This document shows positions 44,107 to 54,326 of a stretch of DNA of 64,000 nucleotides, piece after piece. Every line of letters begins with the position of its first letter. The stretch's first letter is position 1. Position numbers and translations under genes: made by a program. The notes beneath the pieces were generated by a model that worked only from the letters and a program-made list of their open reading frames with translations, did no database searches and was not told the DNA's origin. The stretch comes from Dehalococcoidia bacterium (GTDB lineage: Bacteria; Chloroflexota; Dehalococcoidia; SM23-28-2; WHTN01), in contig WHTN01000004.1 in assembly GCA_009377715.1 (NCBI GenBank), forward strand, positions 4,753 through 68,752, in the 5' to 3' direction.

Positions 44107-44826
44107 TCAATGGAAAGACTCGGGTAGCTTCAAGAGAGAGTTGTAGCCGGGCAATTGCGAACGGTGACAGCGAACCGCTTCCCAGACCTGCTGCCAGTAC
44201 GCAGACGTGTCGATCCGAGCGGTGATCGGCCACTCTTCCCAGGGATGCACCCGCCGCTCCTCGCCATCGATGTGCATGACGAGGTCGCCAAATGCGGACT
44301 CGTACATGTCCAGGGTCTTCTTGGTCTCTGCCATATAGTACAACTTGGAAACGCTGTGTGAAGGGCGCCCTTGTCTATCTTCATAACTCGAATCAGTGGC
44401 AGCCACAATGGCGGCAGTAGCGAACTGGCAGATCGCGATGTGGTCCGGATGGCCATATGCGCCATTAGGGTCGAAGGTGATGACTACCTGTGGACGGACC
44501 TGGCGTAAGTGGTGGACAAGCTGCGCGATCACGCCCGACGGGTCCGCTTGATCGAACTCGCCATCGCGGTAATCGAGGAAAGCTACGTCGCGAACGCCGA
44601 GCATTTTAGCGGCCGCATGAAGCTCTGCTTCCCTGATGCGACCCAACTCGTCTGGCCCCGGATACTCGCTCTCCGGCCCAAACCAGCCGCGCTCGCCGCG
44701 AGTAGCCGTGATCACGTACGTACCAATGCCGTCAGCGGCGTACCGGGCTAGCGTGCCGCCATTGCCCAGCGTCTCATCGTCTGGGTGAGCGAGTATGCAC
44801 ATGAGTTTTAATGCTTCCTGCGCCAT
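44107..44826 (-). CDS. PIG-L/LmbE-family N-acetylglucosaminyl deacetylase
   Basis: AHPDDE motif near N-terminus. Confidence 0.8.
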   Translation of the reverse strand: MAQEALKLMCILAHPDDETLGNGGTLARYAADGIGTYVITATRGERGWFGPESEYPGPDELGRIREAELHAAAKMLGVRDVAFLDYRDGEFDQADPSGVIAQLVHHLRQVRPQVVITFDPNGAYGHPDHIAICQFATAAIVAATDSSYEDRQGRPSHSVSKLYYMAETKKTLDMYESAFGDLVMHIDGEERRVHPWEEWPITARIDTSAYWQQVWEAVRCHRSQLPGYNSLLKLPESFH

Positions 44827-44845
44827 TCATGCCTCCAAGGCACTT

Positions 44846-45175
44846 TTACATTTCCACGAAGCCTTTATCCATGTGGCCGGGCTGAATCTTAAGGTGCAAC
44901 TCCGACCTTAGAGCCATTGCGTGCATGGTTGTGACCCCTTTATTAGCGTGATCTGCACTCTCCCACTCCGACACACGACATACATATCCGGAGCTATCTG
45001 AGGCCTTGAGCGCGTGAGCGCTTAAGCAACCTTCCAAGCTTTTGGCGTAGTCCATAAGCTCTTTATTTATTTTTTCTACTTCCGCTTCCTGACCGGATAT
45101 TGGGACCATCATAGAGATCGCTACATAAGCCATGTCGTCCTCCGCTGAAGGTTTAAAGCGCGTTAATTCTATCAT
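44846..45175 (-). CDS. ABM-like small protein, putative
   Basis: ..VSEWESADHANKG.. pattern; start at internal MIELTRF assumed. Confidence 0.35.
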   Translation of the reverse strand: MIELTRFKPSAEDDMAYVAISMMVPISGQEAEVEKINKELMDYAKSLEGCLSAHALKASDSSGYVCRVSEWESADHANKGVTTMHAMALRSELHLKIQPGHMDKGFVEM

Positions 45176-45269
45176 ATGTATGGTGCTTCTCAGATGCTTG
45201 ACATTACTATCTAGGAAAGCTTTAAATAAACGCAAATTACGATCGGCTTACAGAATTGAGGGTTACGAC

Positions 45270-46544
45270 ATGCTGGACGTCAACAACCTCGTGGATGGCA
45301 ATCAGGGACTGGTCAACCGCCGTATTTACGTCGACAGGGAGATATACGAGCAAGAGCTAGAGCAGATTTTTGCGCGCGTATGGTGTTTTCTAGGCCACGA
45401 ACCGCAGATCCCCAACCCGGGCGACTTCGTCGCATCGTACATAGGCGAAGACCCTGTCCTCTTGGTACGCGACTCGCGAGGCAAGATCGGCGCTTTCCTG
45501 AACACCTGCCGCCATCGTGGAATGCGCGTGTGCCGTGCGGACGCCGGCAACGCGGCCGCCTTCACCTGTACGTACCACGGTTGGACTTACGGCAACGATG
45601 GAAAGCTGGTAGGCGTGCCGGGGTACAAGGAGTACTACTACGAAGAACTCGATATGGAGCAGTGGGGGCTGGTGCCGGTGGCGCAGGTGGACTCCTATCA
45701 GGGTATGATCTTGGGCACCTTCGATCCTTCGGCTCCGCCGTTGCTCGAATACTTAGGCGACATAGCCTGGTATCTCGACTTTCTAATCCACCGTCGCGAA
45801 GAAGGTATCGAGGTTGTGGGAGGCGTGTCCAAATGGATCATGCCCTGTAACTGGAAGTTCGCCGCAGACAACTTCATCGGCGACAACTATCACATACCGG
45901 TGACCCACATATCGGCGACGAAGCTCGGCTTCTCCGGCACGTTACGCCGTCGGGCGTTTCAGGTCAATCCAATGGACGGCCACGGCATCATCAGCAGGCT
46001 GATCGACGCGGAGGAACCGGGTTCTTTTATGAGCACCTTATTTCCGGAAATGGCCGCTTACCAGGAAGAAGTCCAGGTGGCCATGGAGAAGCACCTAGGC
46101 GACCGTGCGAAGCAGATCATTCCTATAGTCGGCACGGTCTTCCCGAACCTGTCCTTCGAAGCGTTCACGTTCCGCGTGTGGCACCGCGCGGCCCGGACAA
46201 GACCGAAGTATGGGTCGTGGTGCTACATCGATAAGGCCGCACCGCCAGAGATAAAGAAACAGATGCACCTCTTCCACCAGCGCCGCTTCGGCCCGGCGGG
46301 TACCTTCGAGCAAGACGACGGCGAGAACTGGAATATGACGACGGCTTCGAGCATGGGGCGGGTGAGCAGGCGCTACGAGTTCAATTATCAACTGGCCCTC
46401 GGTCACGAGGGTACGCACGAAGACTTCCCGGGCGTCGTCGCCGATGGGCCGAGCGAGCATAGCGCTCGGGGCTTTTACCGGCGCTGGGCATCTCTGATGA
46501 AAGCAGAAAACTGGACGGAGAGAATTAACGCTCTGCAGCAGTAG
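45270..46544 (+). CDS. Rieske [2Fe-2S] aromatic-ring-hydroxylating oxygenase, alpha subunit
   Basis: Rieske CRHRG...CTYHGW; mononuclear Fe ..DNYHIPVTH..; start at MLDVNNLV with GAGGG RBS. Confidence 0.85.
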   Translation: MLDVNNLVDGNQGLVNRRIYVDREIYEQELEQIFARVWCFLGHEPQIPNPGDFVASYIGEDPVLLVRDSRGKIGAFLNTCRHRGMRVCRADAGNAAAFTCTYHGWTYGNDGKLVGVPGYKEYYYEELDMEQWGLVPVAQVDSYQGMILGTFDPSAPPLLEYLGDIAWYLDFLIHRREEGIEVVGGVSKWIMPCNWKFAADNFIGDNYHIPVTHISATKLGFSGTLRRRAFQVNPMDGHGIISRLIDAEEPGSFMSTLFPEMAAYQEEVQVAMEKHLGDRAKQIIPIVGTVFPNLSFEAFTFRVWHRAARTRPKYGSWCYIDKAAPPEIKKQMHLFHQRRFGPAGTFEQDDGENWNMTTASSMGRVSRRYEFNYQLALGHEGTHEDFPGVVADGPSEHSARGFYRRWASLMKAENWTERINALQQ

Positions 46545-46583
46545 GTTGTAAAATAAAGAACAGATTTGGAAGCGAGGTAAAGA

Positions 46584-47651
46584 ATGCCCAAAGTTACAGT
46601 AGACCAGTTCAAAGACCTTTCGATAACTCTTTACAAAGCGGCGGGCGCCACCGACGAAGAAGCTAACGTGGTGACCGATTGCCTGCTGTACGCGACGCTG
46701 CGCGGGCACGACAGCCATGGGGCCGGTCACCTGGCTCAGTACATGCGCGGCTTCATGGGTGGGCGAGGTTTCACCGTCAACCGTGATGCCAACATCCGTG
46801 TGCTGAACGAGACGCCCTGCACCATCGCCGTCGATGGCGACTTCTACATGGGCCAAAAGGTGACGATGGACGCTACGCAAAAGGTCATCTCCAAGGCGAA
46901 GGAGATGGGCATCGCCGCCGCCACGGTGACGAACTGTATTCACAACGGCTCGCTCGGCTTCTACGCTAACACCATCGCCGAACAGCACATGATCGGCATA
47001 GCAACCACCTGCTCGCAGAACGCTGCGCCTCCGTGGGGAGGGGTCGAGCCGTTCCTCGGCACGAACCCGATCGCCTTCGGTATCCCCGCCAAAGACGAAT
47101 GGCCCATCATCATCGACCTAGCAACATCGTCCACCACATGGCGCGGACTTAATCCGTTGCTACAGTCCGACCGCGAGATCCCTTGGGGCTGGCTGTTGGA
47201 TGAGACCGGTGAGGTAACAACCGACCGTGAGAAGTTTGCTCCTCGTCAGGGACGCGGCGCCATGGCTAACATGGCAAATAACCATAAGGGTTATGCCCTA
47301 CAGCTAGCGGTAGAGATGCTAGGCGGCGTACTGCCTGGGCTGCTCACCGGTCACACGGTGGCCGTAGACGGCAGACTCAACAGCCCCTCGCTCATCATGG
47401 CGATCAACGTCAGCTTCTTCCAAGACGTGGATGCCTTCGAAGAGAAGGTAGCCGAGAGGACCCGCGAGATCAGAAACTCGAAGAAGAAGCCCGGCGTCGA
47501 TGCCATCTACATGCCCGGCGAAAGGGGCATGCACATAATGGAGGAGCGCTTGCGGGAGGGCTTCGACATCAACGAAGGCTATTGGAACGAGATCAAGGAA
47601 GTCGCCGAACAGCTCAACGTACCGATGCCCGAAGTAGCCGCCGCTGCCTAA
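46584..47651 (+). CDS. Ldh2-family (malate/L-lactate/sulfolactate dehydrogenase type 2) oxidoreductase
   Basis: 355-aa ORF with family pattern ..RGHDSHG.. Confidence 0.8.
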   Translation: MPKVTVDQFKDLSITLYKAAGATDEEANVVTDCLLYATLRGHDSHGAGHLAQYMRGFMGGRGFTVNRDANIRVLNETPCTIAVDGDFYMGQKVTMDATQKVISKAKEMGIAAATVTNCIHNGSLGFYANTIAEQHMIGIATTCSQNAAPPWGGVEPFLGTNPIAFGIPAKDEWPIIIDLATSSTTWRGLNPLLQSDREIPWGWLLDETGEVTTDREKFAPRQGRGAMANMANNHKGYALQLAVEMLGGVLPGLLTGHTVAVDGRLNSPSLIMAINVSFFQDVDAFEEKVAERTREIRNSKKKPGVDAIYMPGERGMHIMEERLREGFDINEGYWNEIKEVAEQLNVPMPEVAAAA

Positions 47652-47662
47652 CAGGGATAGGC

Positions 47663-47697
47663 AATCTTAAATAGGGCGACCCAAATGGGTCGCCTTA
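47663..47697. terminator. bidirectional rho-independent terminator
   Basis: GGGCGACCC-AAAT-GGGTCGCC hairpin with T-rich tracts on both strands, between convergent genes. Confidence 0.5.
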
Positions 47698-47702
47698 TTT
47701 AG

Positions 47703-48877
47703 TTACCCGGCCTCTTTGACAGGCACTGGAGCAGGACCCGCCTCGAACTGCGCCGTCTCCGACTCTGGCTCTTTCACATAGAGCCAGAAAACGACGACTG
47801 AGGCTAAGGCTATGATTCCGGCCACCGGCCCCAGGTAAGTGTAACCGCCCCATGAGTCCACTATCTGCCCGCCCACGACCGAACCGGTGACGAAGCCAAA
47901 CTGCAAGCTTGAGGTGAACAGGGCCATAACGGAGCCTCGCAGACGCGGGATCATCTCCGTCATCATCGTTTGCGCGCTCATATGGTGGGCGCTGTTTGGG
48001 GCAGCCAAGAAGAACAGCGCAACCAGAGCCGCGAGCCTCCAGTCGATAATAGTGGTAAACGCTATCATGATCGCGGCGTCGATTAAACGGCCGACGATGA
48101 CTATCTGGCGCCTACCGCGACGGTCGCCCAACCGCCCGCCGACGTTCGTGCCGATCAGCGAGCCTACGCTCATGACCATGTTAGGTATTGCCAGCAGCGC
48201 GACCGGCAGGCCGAAAACGTCGTGGAAATAAGCGCCCAAAAAGGTAATGAGGATAGCCCAATGAGCGACATTGAGATAGTTAGCCAGCAGCCCCAGGCAG
48301 TCGGCCGGTGCCGCACGACGGCCAAAAGCGTGTCGATATACCCTTCTGATGCGCCGTCTTTACTCTCTTTCCGCTCCTCTATAGGCAGCTTTTTCAAAAT
48401 GATTATCACGGAGATAATGCTCACAACTGCAAGGAAGGCGAAATTTATCCGCCAGGATACGAAATCAGCGAGGACAGCGCTGATCGGGAGGGCCACAATT
48501 GGAGCCGTTGTGTTGGCGGTGAACACCCACGCCATCGCCTTACCACGCTCGTTATAGGGGAAGTAGTCGGCTACGGCTGCGAAGACAGCCGACATAAGCC
48601 CAGCTGCGCCAACACCTTGGAGTGCTCTGGACGCCACGAGGACCCAGAATGTAGGAGCAACCGCTGACATCGCGCTGGCAAAAGCGAAGATAACGAGACA
48701 GACGAGGATAACAGGCCGGCGGCCGATACGATCTATGGTTGGCCCAACAAGAAGTGAGCCGATGGCAGCTACCAATGCGTAGACCGAAGCCAGCAGACCG
48801 CTGGTGCCCCTACTGACGCCGAAATCATCGGAGATCTCAGATAGTATTGGGATTACGACCAGATTACTGAAGAGCAC
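47703..48877 (-). pseudogene. MFS transporter, frameshifted (pieces 48170..48877 and 47703..48239)
   Basis: N-terminal 6 TM and C-terminal 6 TM in different frames, overlapping 48170-48239. Confidence 0.65.
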
Positions 48878-49041
48878 TACGAACGAAGCCGTACAAAGGA
48901 CGGCTAGGATGAAATAACGGTTGGTAGGCGAGACGTTCGTACTCGCAGAATCTGCAGAGCCAAAAATCAGGCACGCACTTTATAACAATGATGGTTAAGT
49001 GTACATGATCTATTGTACGAAAGGATACTCTGAAACTGAAC

Positions 49042-51219
49042 TCAATCGATCATCACGATCTCTACATCTTCTTCTTTACGCAGTATGCTAAAGCCTATAT
49101 GCTGCGCTGTACGCTCCAGCAGGAGATCGACAGAGCTATCGCCAACCTTAAGATTCCTTATCTCAACCTCTTGCAGAAAGTCCGGCAATCTAGGGTGCAT
49201 TAGGTACACCCGTCTTTCAACAGCGTTAACAGACAGTCCCAGGCATGCCTGAAGTAGCATAAATACGGCGCCGGCGGACCAGGACTGCGGGGAGCAGGCC
49301 ACCGGATAGAGCGTCGGCCCCTCGCCGGGTCTGCGCTCGAAGCCGCAAATGAGCTCAGGGAGGCGATGGCGCTCCATGAGTAGCGAACTCTCGAATACTC
49401 CCGTTAGTACCTTAATGACCTTATCTTTGAATCCGTAACGGGCCAGACCGTACGCTATCAACGCATTATCGTGGGGCCAGACCGAACCGTTGTGGTACGA
49501 CATGGGGTTATAACGCGCCTCGGACGTGGGGATAGTCCTCACGCCCCAACCAGAGAAGAAGTCGGGCTGCACCAGCCCGTCCGCTATCTTTTCAGCGGCT
49601 TCCGGACTAGCGATCCCCGTGAATAGGCAGTGCCCGGCGTTGGAAGAACGCACGCGGCAAAGCTGATTATTGCCGTCGAGCGCGATAGCATAAGTCGAGA
49701 GGTCATCGCACCAAAACGTCTCCTCGAACCGCTTCTTAAGAATGTCCGCTTCCATTAGAAGCGCCCGCGACTTACCCTCCAGCCCAAGGGCATGGGCCAG
49801 ATTTGCAGCGCCGCGCTTTGCCGCGTACACGTAACTCTGCACCTCGCATAGAGCGATTGAGCCTTCAGCGAGCGACCCATCCGCATGGAAGATGGCGTCA
49901 TAAGAGTCCTTCCAACCCTGATCCGACAATCCCTTAGGCGAACGCTTGATATACTCGATGAAACCATCGCCATCGAGGTCGCCGTATCTGTCGATCCAGT
50001 CGAGGGCTAAGGTGATATTGTCCCAAATCGCCTGTAAAAAGCTCCGGTCCCCCGTGCGCTCGTAATAGGCGTTGGCCAGAATTATAAAAAGAGGCGTGGC
50101 GTCAACGCTGCCGTAGTAGCGGCGAAACGGGACTTCCCCTAGCCTCGCCATTTCGCTATTGCGTACCTCGTGGAGTATCTTCCCGGGCTCAGCGTCCTCT
50201 TCCGGAACGATCTTTTGCGCCTGCGTGGCGGCCAAATACGCGAGGACGCCCCTGGCTATTTCTGGATCGAAGCAGAGAGTCTCCAAGGCAGTGATGATCC
50301 CATCGCGGCCGAAAATAGTGTTAAACCAAGGAACGCCCGCGTAAGGGTAAAGACCATACGGTGTCGTGCTGAGCATCATGTGCAGGTCCTCACGCGAATG
50401 ATCGAGCCACTTGTTGAAAAGATCGTTCGAGCTGGAGATCTGGCAGTCATTGGCGTTCGCCGTGACTCTTGTTTCTTTAGCCTTTTTAAGTCCATCGCCA
50501 TGGGACATCATCTCGAAAGCTTCTTCATCGCTTAAGTCACATGCTACGGTGAGGTAAAAATACGCCTCTTCCTTTGGAGTAAGGTAAGCGTGGAAACCAA
50601 GGCCTCCTGATGAGGCGTTCGTGGTTTCGATTGACCCCGTAGCCAGGTATTCTATCCGCGTACTCCTTCGGACGTCGTCCAACCCGTAGTAGGGAAGGAC
50701 GATCCTGCCCTCATCAAGCTCGTCCTCCAACCGTCTGCCCCGCCTCTCACGCTTCAAGCCTCTCACCTCGAAGATATCGGCGAAGTCAGAGGCGAAATTT
50801 ATGGAGAAGTCTAATTCTAACGGCTCCAGGCCGTAGTTCTGGATCTTGATCGTCTCGTAGCAGGCGCCCTCCCAGAGAAACTTGGTGCGCAGTATATGTA
50901 GAGTTCCGCGCGGCACGGCCTGATCGTCCATATTCATGTCCGGATTGGTGAGGTCGATGGCGAGAACAGTGTTGTCCTCGCGTACGGTGGAGCTGAGCAT
51001 CAATGGGCGGCTATTGCCAAGGATAAACTCCAGCCTGGAGAGAAATCGCGTGCCCCGATGGTAGAGGCCCTGCTCCCCCAAGCCTATAGGATGGATATCT
51101 CCGTACCCATCGAAAACAGCGAAGGTATGCTCGTGCTTTAGTACGCGTGTATGCTGATCGGCGAGAGGGGACGTGGCAAGGATGTAAAATTTCCCCTCGA
51201 TGTTAACGATATCCTCCAA
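49042..51219 (-). CDS. glycogen debranching enzyme / amylo-alpha-1,6-glucosidase family (GDE N- and C-domains)
   Basis: 725-aa ORF with (alpha/alpha)6-barrel glucosidase features. Confidence 0.8.
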   Translation of the reverse strand: MEDIVNIEGKFYILATSPLADQHTRVLKHEHTFAVFDGYGDIHPIGLGEQGLYHRGTRFLSRLEFILGNSRPLMLSSTVREDNTVLAIDLTNPDMNMDDQAVPRGTLHILRTKFLWEGACYETIKIQNYGLEPLELDFSINFASDFADIFEVRGLKRERRGRRLEDELDEGRIVLPYYGLDDVRRSTRIEYLATGSIETTNASSGGLGFHAYLTPKEEAYFYLTVACDLSDEEAFEMMSHGDGLKKAKETRVTANANDCQISSSNDLFNKWLDHSREDLHMMLSTTPYGLYPYAGVPWFNTIFGRDGIITALETLCFDPEIARGVLAYLAATQAQKIVPEEDAEPGKILHEVRNSEMARLGEVPFRRYYGSVDATPLFIILANAYYERTGDRSFLQAIWDNITLALDWIDRYGDLDGDGFIEYIKRSPKGLSDQGWKDSYDAIFHADGSLAEGSIALCEVQSYVYAAKRGAANLAHALGLEGKSRALLMEADILKKRFEETFWCDDLSTYAIALDGNNQLCRVRSSNAGHCLFTGIASPEAAEKIADGLVQPDFFSGWGVRTIPTSEARYNPMSYHNGSVWPHDNALIAYGLARYGFKDKVIKVLTGVFESSLLMERHRLPELICGFERRPGEGPTLYPVACSPQSWSAGAVFMLLQACLGLSVNAVERRVYLMHPRLPDFLQEVEIRNLKVGDSSVDLLLERTAQHIGFSILRKEEDVEIVMID

Positions 51220-51378
51220 ACGATCGCCTCCTTGGCTCTCCTACAATCGTGTTCCTGGGTCCCGCACAACGTCAAGAAGCCTTTCACCTACATCATTCCG
51301 TGCCCGGGCCGAGTCGTAAGAGCAAATTACTCATTCCCTTAATTATAGATTACGAATGGCCCTGAAGGAGCGGGGTAA

Positions 51379-52155
51379 CTATTTGATCAGGTGGTGGCGC
51401 ATACCGACAGGGCTAGATAGAAGAAGATCGGCAGAGACAACGATGATCCAAAGCAGATGTCCGAGGTCGCTCCATTGCGGCGAGCCTTCCACACGACCTC
51501 TATACACGACGACTACGTGGGTAGCCGGAACGAACCATGACACCACCTCCATCGCGGCAGGCAGCCGCTCGATGGGAAAGAATGTCCCGCCGCCCAGCCA
51601 GAACATCGGCGTTATGTAAATGGCGAAGAAGTAATTGAGCGAGCTCACCGACTTTGCGATGGACGTGTAGGCGAGTCCGGTCGACGCAAGCATGATCCCT
51701 GGCAAGAAGCCTAACGGTATGATCAGGATAGCTAGCGGCGATGAAATAGCTCCGAACGCCGCCGCCACAATAAGTATATAAACGCTCGATATAACGGCGC
51801 GCGTCGCGCCCCAGCACCTTCCCAGCGATCACGTCCTCTATCCCAACCGGCGTAGTGATGATAGCGTTGTACGTGCGCTGGCTCTCCGTACGGAAGTATG
51901 CTCCCCAGGTGCATTCGCCTACGGCCGCCCACATCGGATAGATCGTAAGAAGGCTATAAACTCGATGTAACGCTGATCGCTGCCAAGATCGATCAGACCG
52001 CCAAGCCCCACACCCAGCGCTAGCAACGAAACGACCGGCTCGACGAGCGGCCAAACGGCCTCCGACCGCCACAGGCGCAGATAGACGTCGCAGTTGCGTT
52101 GCCACACCCTAAAACTACGAAACGATAGGCCGTTCGTTATCGTTGCTATGCTCAT
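51379..52155 (-). pseudogene. ABC-2-type transporter permease, fragmented over at least 3 frames
   Basis: N-terminus ..VWQRNCDVYLRLWRSEAVWPLVEPVV.. and C-terminal TM pieces in different frames. Confidence 0.6.
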
Positions 52156-52167
52156 ACGTCTGTCCGT

Positions 52168-52930
52168 CTATTCGATTAAGCCGCGGCCGGTCAGCCGAAG
52201 GAATACGTCTTCGAGGTTAGCGGGACGGTAAACTACCTTCGTCCCTTCGGGTATGGCCTCTGAAAGGTCGAAGCGGTCGGTGGAGTCGTTTTGAAAATGC
52301 GTAGATAATGTCCTCGGCCGCTTCCCTCGTACTTCTTCCGTTATGTGAAGCTCCATCGCCGCTTTACCAACATACCGTTCTACAAGCTCGTCAGGCTCGC
52401 CTTCGGCGAGGATCTTCCCCTGGTTGATTATCACAAGCCGGTCGCATAAGTGCGCGGCTTCCTCCATATTGTGCGTACTTAGAAGCATGGTGACGCCCTG
52501 CGCTTTAAGATGCCGCATCTTCTGCCACAGCAGGTGCTTGGCCTGCGGGTCCAGTCCCGTGGTCGGCGAGTTGCATAAACTCGATCGCTTCGCTGGCTGC
52601 AGCAACCGCTTTAGCCTTCGGAATGCCGAAGTAACGAGCGTATACCAATAAATTCTGACGGACGGTCAGGTCGGGGTCCAGGCTATCGTCCTGAGGCACG
52701 ACGCCGAGGATAGACTTTATTCGCCGCGATTCGCGGCTTACGTCCATGCCGGCTACTCGCAATTCGCCTCCGCTGAGCGGAGATACGCACGAGATCATGC
52801 GCATCGTTGTACTCTTACCAGCGCCGTTCGAGCCAAGCAAACCGAAGCATTCGCCAGCGGCCACTTCAAACGAGATGCCATCGACCGCTGCTAGATCATC
52901 GTAGTGTTTGACGATGTTGCGGGCACTTAT
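52168..52930 (-). pseudogene. ABC transporter ATP-binding protein, at least 2 frameshifts
   Basis: ..ISARNIVKHYDD.. , GSNGAGKSTT, and ..SPTTGLDPQ..LLSTHNMEEA.. lie in three frames. Confidence 0.65.
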
Positions 52931-52998
52931 GATCGACCATTTGAGTTCGCCATACTAATAGCTATTCTAATTGATCCACGGCTACGGAACGACGAGAT

Positions 52999-53208
52999 GT
53001 AAGGGCGCACGGCCGTGTGCCTTACGCGAATGACTTCGATGACTGGGCTACGGTAGATCGTCTAAAATGCGCGGCTATGGGACATATTGTAGGGGGCGCA
53101 TGGCCATACGCCCCTACGCGTGATTAGAGTCAGACGCTGGCTATCTCTGATGGGTTTGACGCCTAGCCAGAACAATAGTAAGGGCGCACGGCCGTGCGCC
53201 CTTACGCG
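52999..53208. repeat. array of three ~30-bp palindromic REP-like repeats, family 2 (GTAAGGGCGCACGGCCGTGCGCCCTTACGCG), ~90-bp spacing
   Basis: copies at 52999-53028, 53089-53120 (divergent), 53178-53208; fourth copy at 57476-57501. Confidence 0.6.
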
Positions 53209-53228
53209 GTTTGATTAGAAGGCAGACG

Positions 53229-54227
53229 CTAGCTTTCGCCGCCTCCGATGGCCTCAACCTTCATGCCGGCGTATTTCTTCTCTAGCTCTGCCCAACGCTC
53301 TCCCGCAGCCCAGCAACCATCGTAGTACTCCTTGGGCATCGTCTCATAGATGTACGGCGGGCGGACGGGGCCAGGCTTACAGTAACCGGTCGCCTCCATG
53401 AAAACGCGGTTGAACTGAATATTGAAGGAGGCGAAGATCTCCGGGCTATTGATCGCTCTCTGCGGCTCATGCGCCCATTCCATGTCCTCAGCGATCTTGT
53501 CAGCGCGCTCCATATCCTTCGAAAGGATGGCGTCCATCAACGCTTTCGCGGGAGCAAGTCCCTCCGCCAGCCACCAACCGGTGGTGATGTTCTCAGGGCA
53601 GACCTTTGCCAGACGGTAAGCGCCCTGTCCACCGGAGCAGAAGTTAACGCGGCCTTTGGTAACCTCAACGGCCTCTTTGATTATCTGCGATTGGCTAAAC
53701 TTCGCCGCCATCACGGTCGGCGCCTTCTGGGCTATCCCCTGCCAGAAATCCAGCCCGAACGGAAAGCGAAACGCTCGTGCGTTGCAGTAGACCATAATGC
53801 CGAAGTCAGGGAACGCCGCCGATATGCCAGCGTAGTGCTGGACAGCCATATCTAGCGTCGCCGGCTGCCACATCGGTATGCCGAGCAGCATCGCACTGGC
53901 GCCCTGCTCCTTGACGAAACGGATGCGTTTCGCCATCTCATGTGTGCCAAGCGCAGTGGCGCCCATGAAGGTGGGGATGCGACCGTTCACTGTAGTGAGG
54001 ACGCAGTCAACAAACTTGCGGTAGTCTTCGTCGGAGAGCGTAGCGCACTCGCCGGTGGTGCCTAGCGCCATAAGGGCGTCCGCGCCATCGCGAATGAGGT
54101 TCTGTATCATGCTAGCCGTTTCATCCAGATCAACGGTATCGGTAGCTAGTACGCTTTCTGAGCCAGGCTTGGCGGGAGTCGGTATTACCGCAACCACTCC
54201 CCGGACTTCATCAGCTGTTAGCATCTC
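53229..54227 (-). CDS. DapA/NAL-family class I aldolase (dihydrodipicolinate-synthase-like)
   Basis: GTTGE motif (ALMALGTTGECATL); start at MLTADEV. Confidence 0.8.
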   Translation of the reverse strand, partial: EMLTADEVRGVVAVIPTPAKPGSESVLATDTVDLDETASMIQNLIRDGADALMALGTTGECATLSDEDYRKFVDCVLTTVNGRIPTFMGATALGTHEMAKRIRFVKEQGASAMLLGIPMWQPATLDMAVQHYAGISAAFPDFGIMVYCNARAFRFPFGLDFWQGIAQKAPTVMAAKFSQSQIIKEAVEVTKGRVNFCSGGQGAYRLAKVCPENITTGWWLAEGLAPAKALMDAILSKDMERADKIAEDMEWAHEPQRAINSPEIFASFNIQFNRVFMEATGYCKPGPVRPPYIYETMPKEYYDGCWAAGERWAELEKKYAGMKVEAIGGGES

Positions 54228-54282
54228 ATATCCTCCTTTTCTTTGTAGCATTATGTAATTTGTGAGCCCTTGGTTAGCAAAG

Positions 54283-54314
54283 AATAAGGGCGGCTTGTAA
54301 GCCGCCCTTATTCT
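54283..54314 (-). terminator. rho-independent terminator after the solute-binding-protein gene
   Basis: AAGGGCGGC-TTGTAA-GCCGCCCTT hairpin followed on minus strand by TTCTTTGC. Confidence 0.5.
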
Positions 54315-54326
54315 TTGGGGCTTTTT

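Noticed and set aside
52999-53208. Possible CRISPR array
   Set aside because: The repeats are fully palindromic, the spacers are about 60 bp with no CRISPR-like regularity, and copy 2 is divergent. There is no leader or cas genes, and a single isolated copy lies elsewhere. This is better explained as REP-like.
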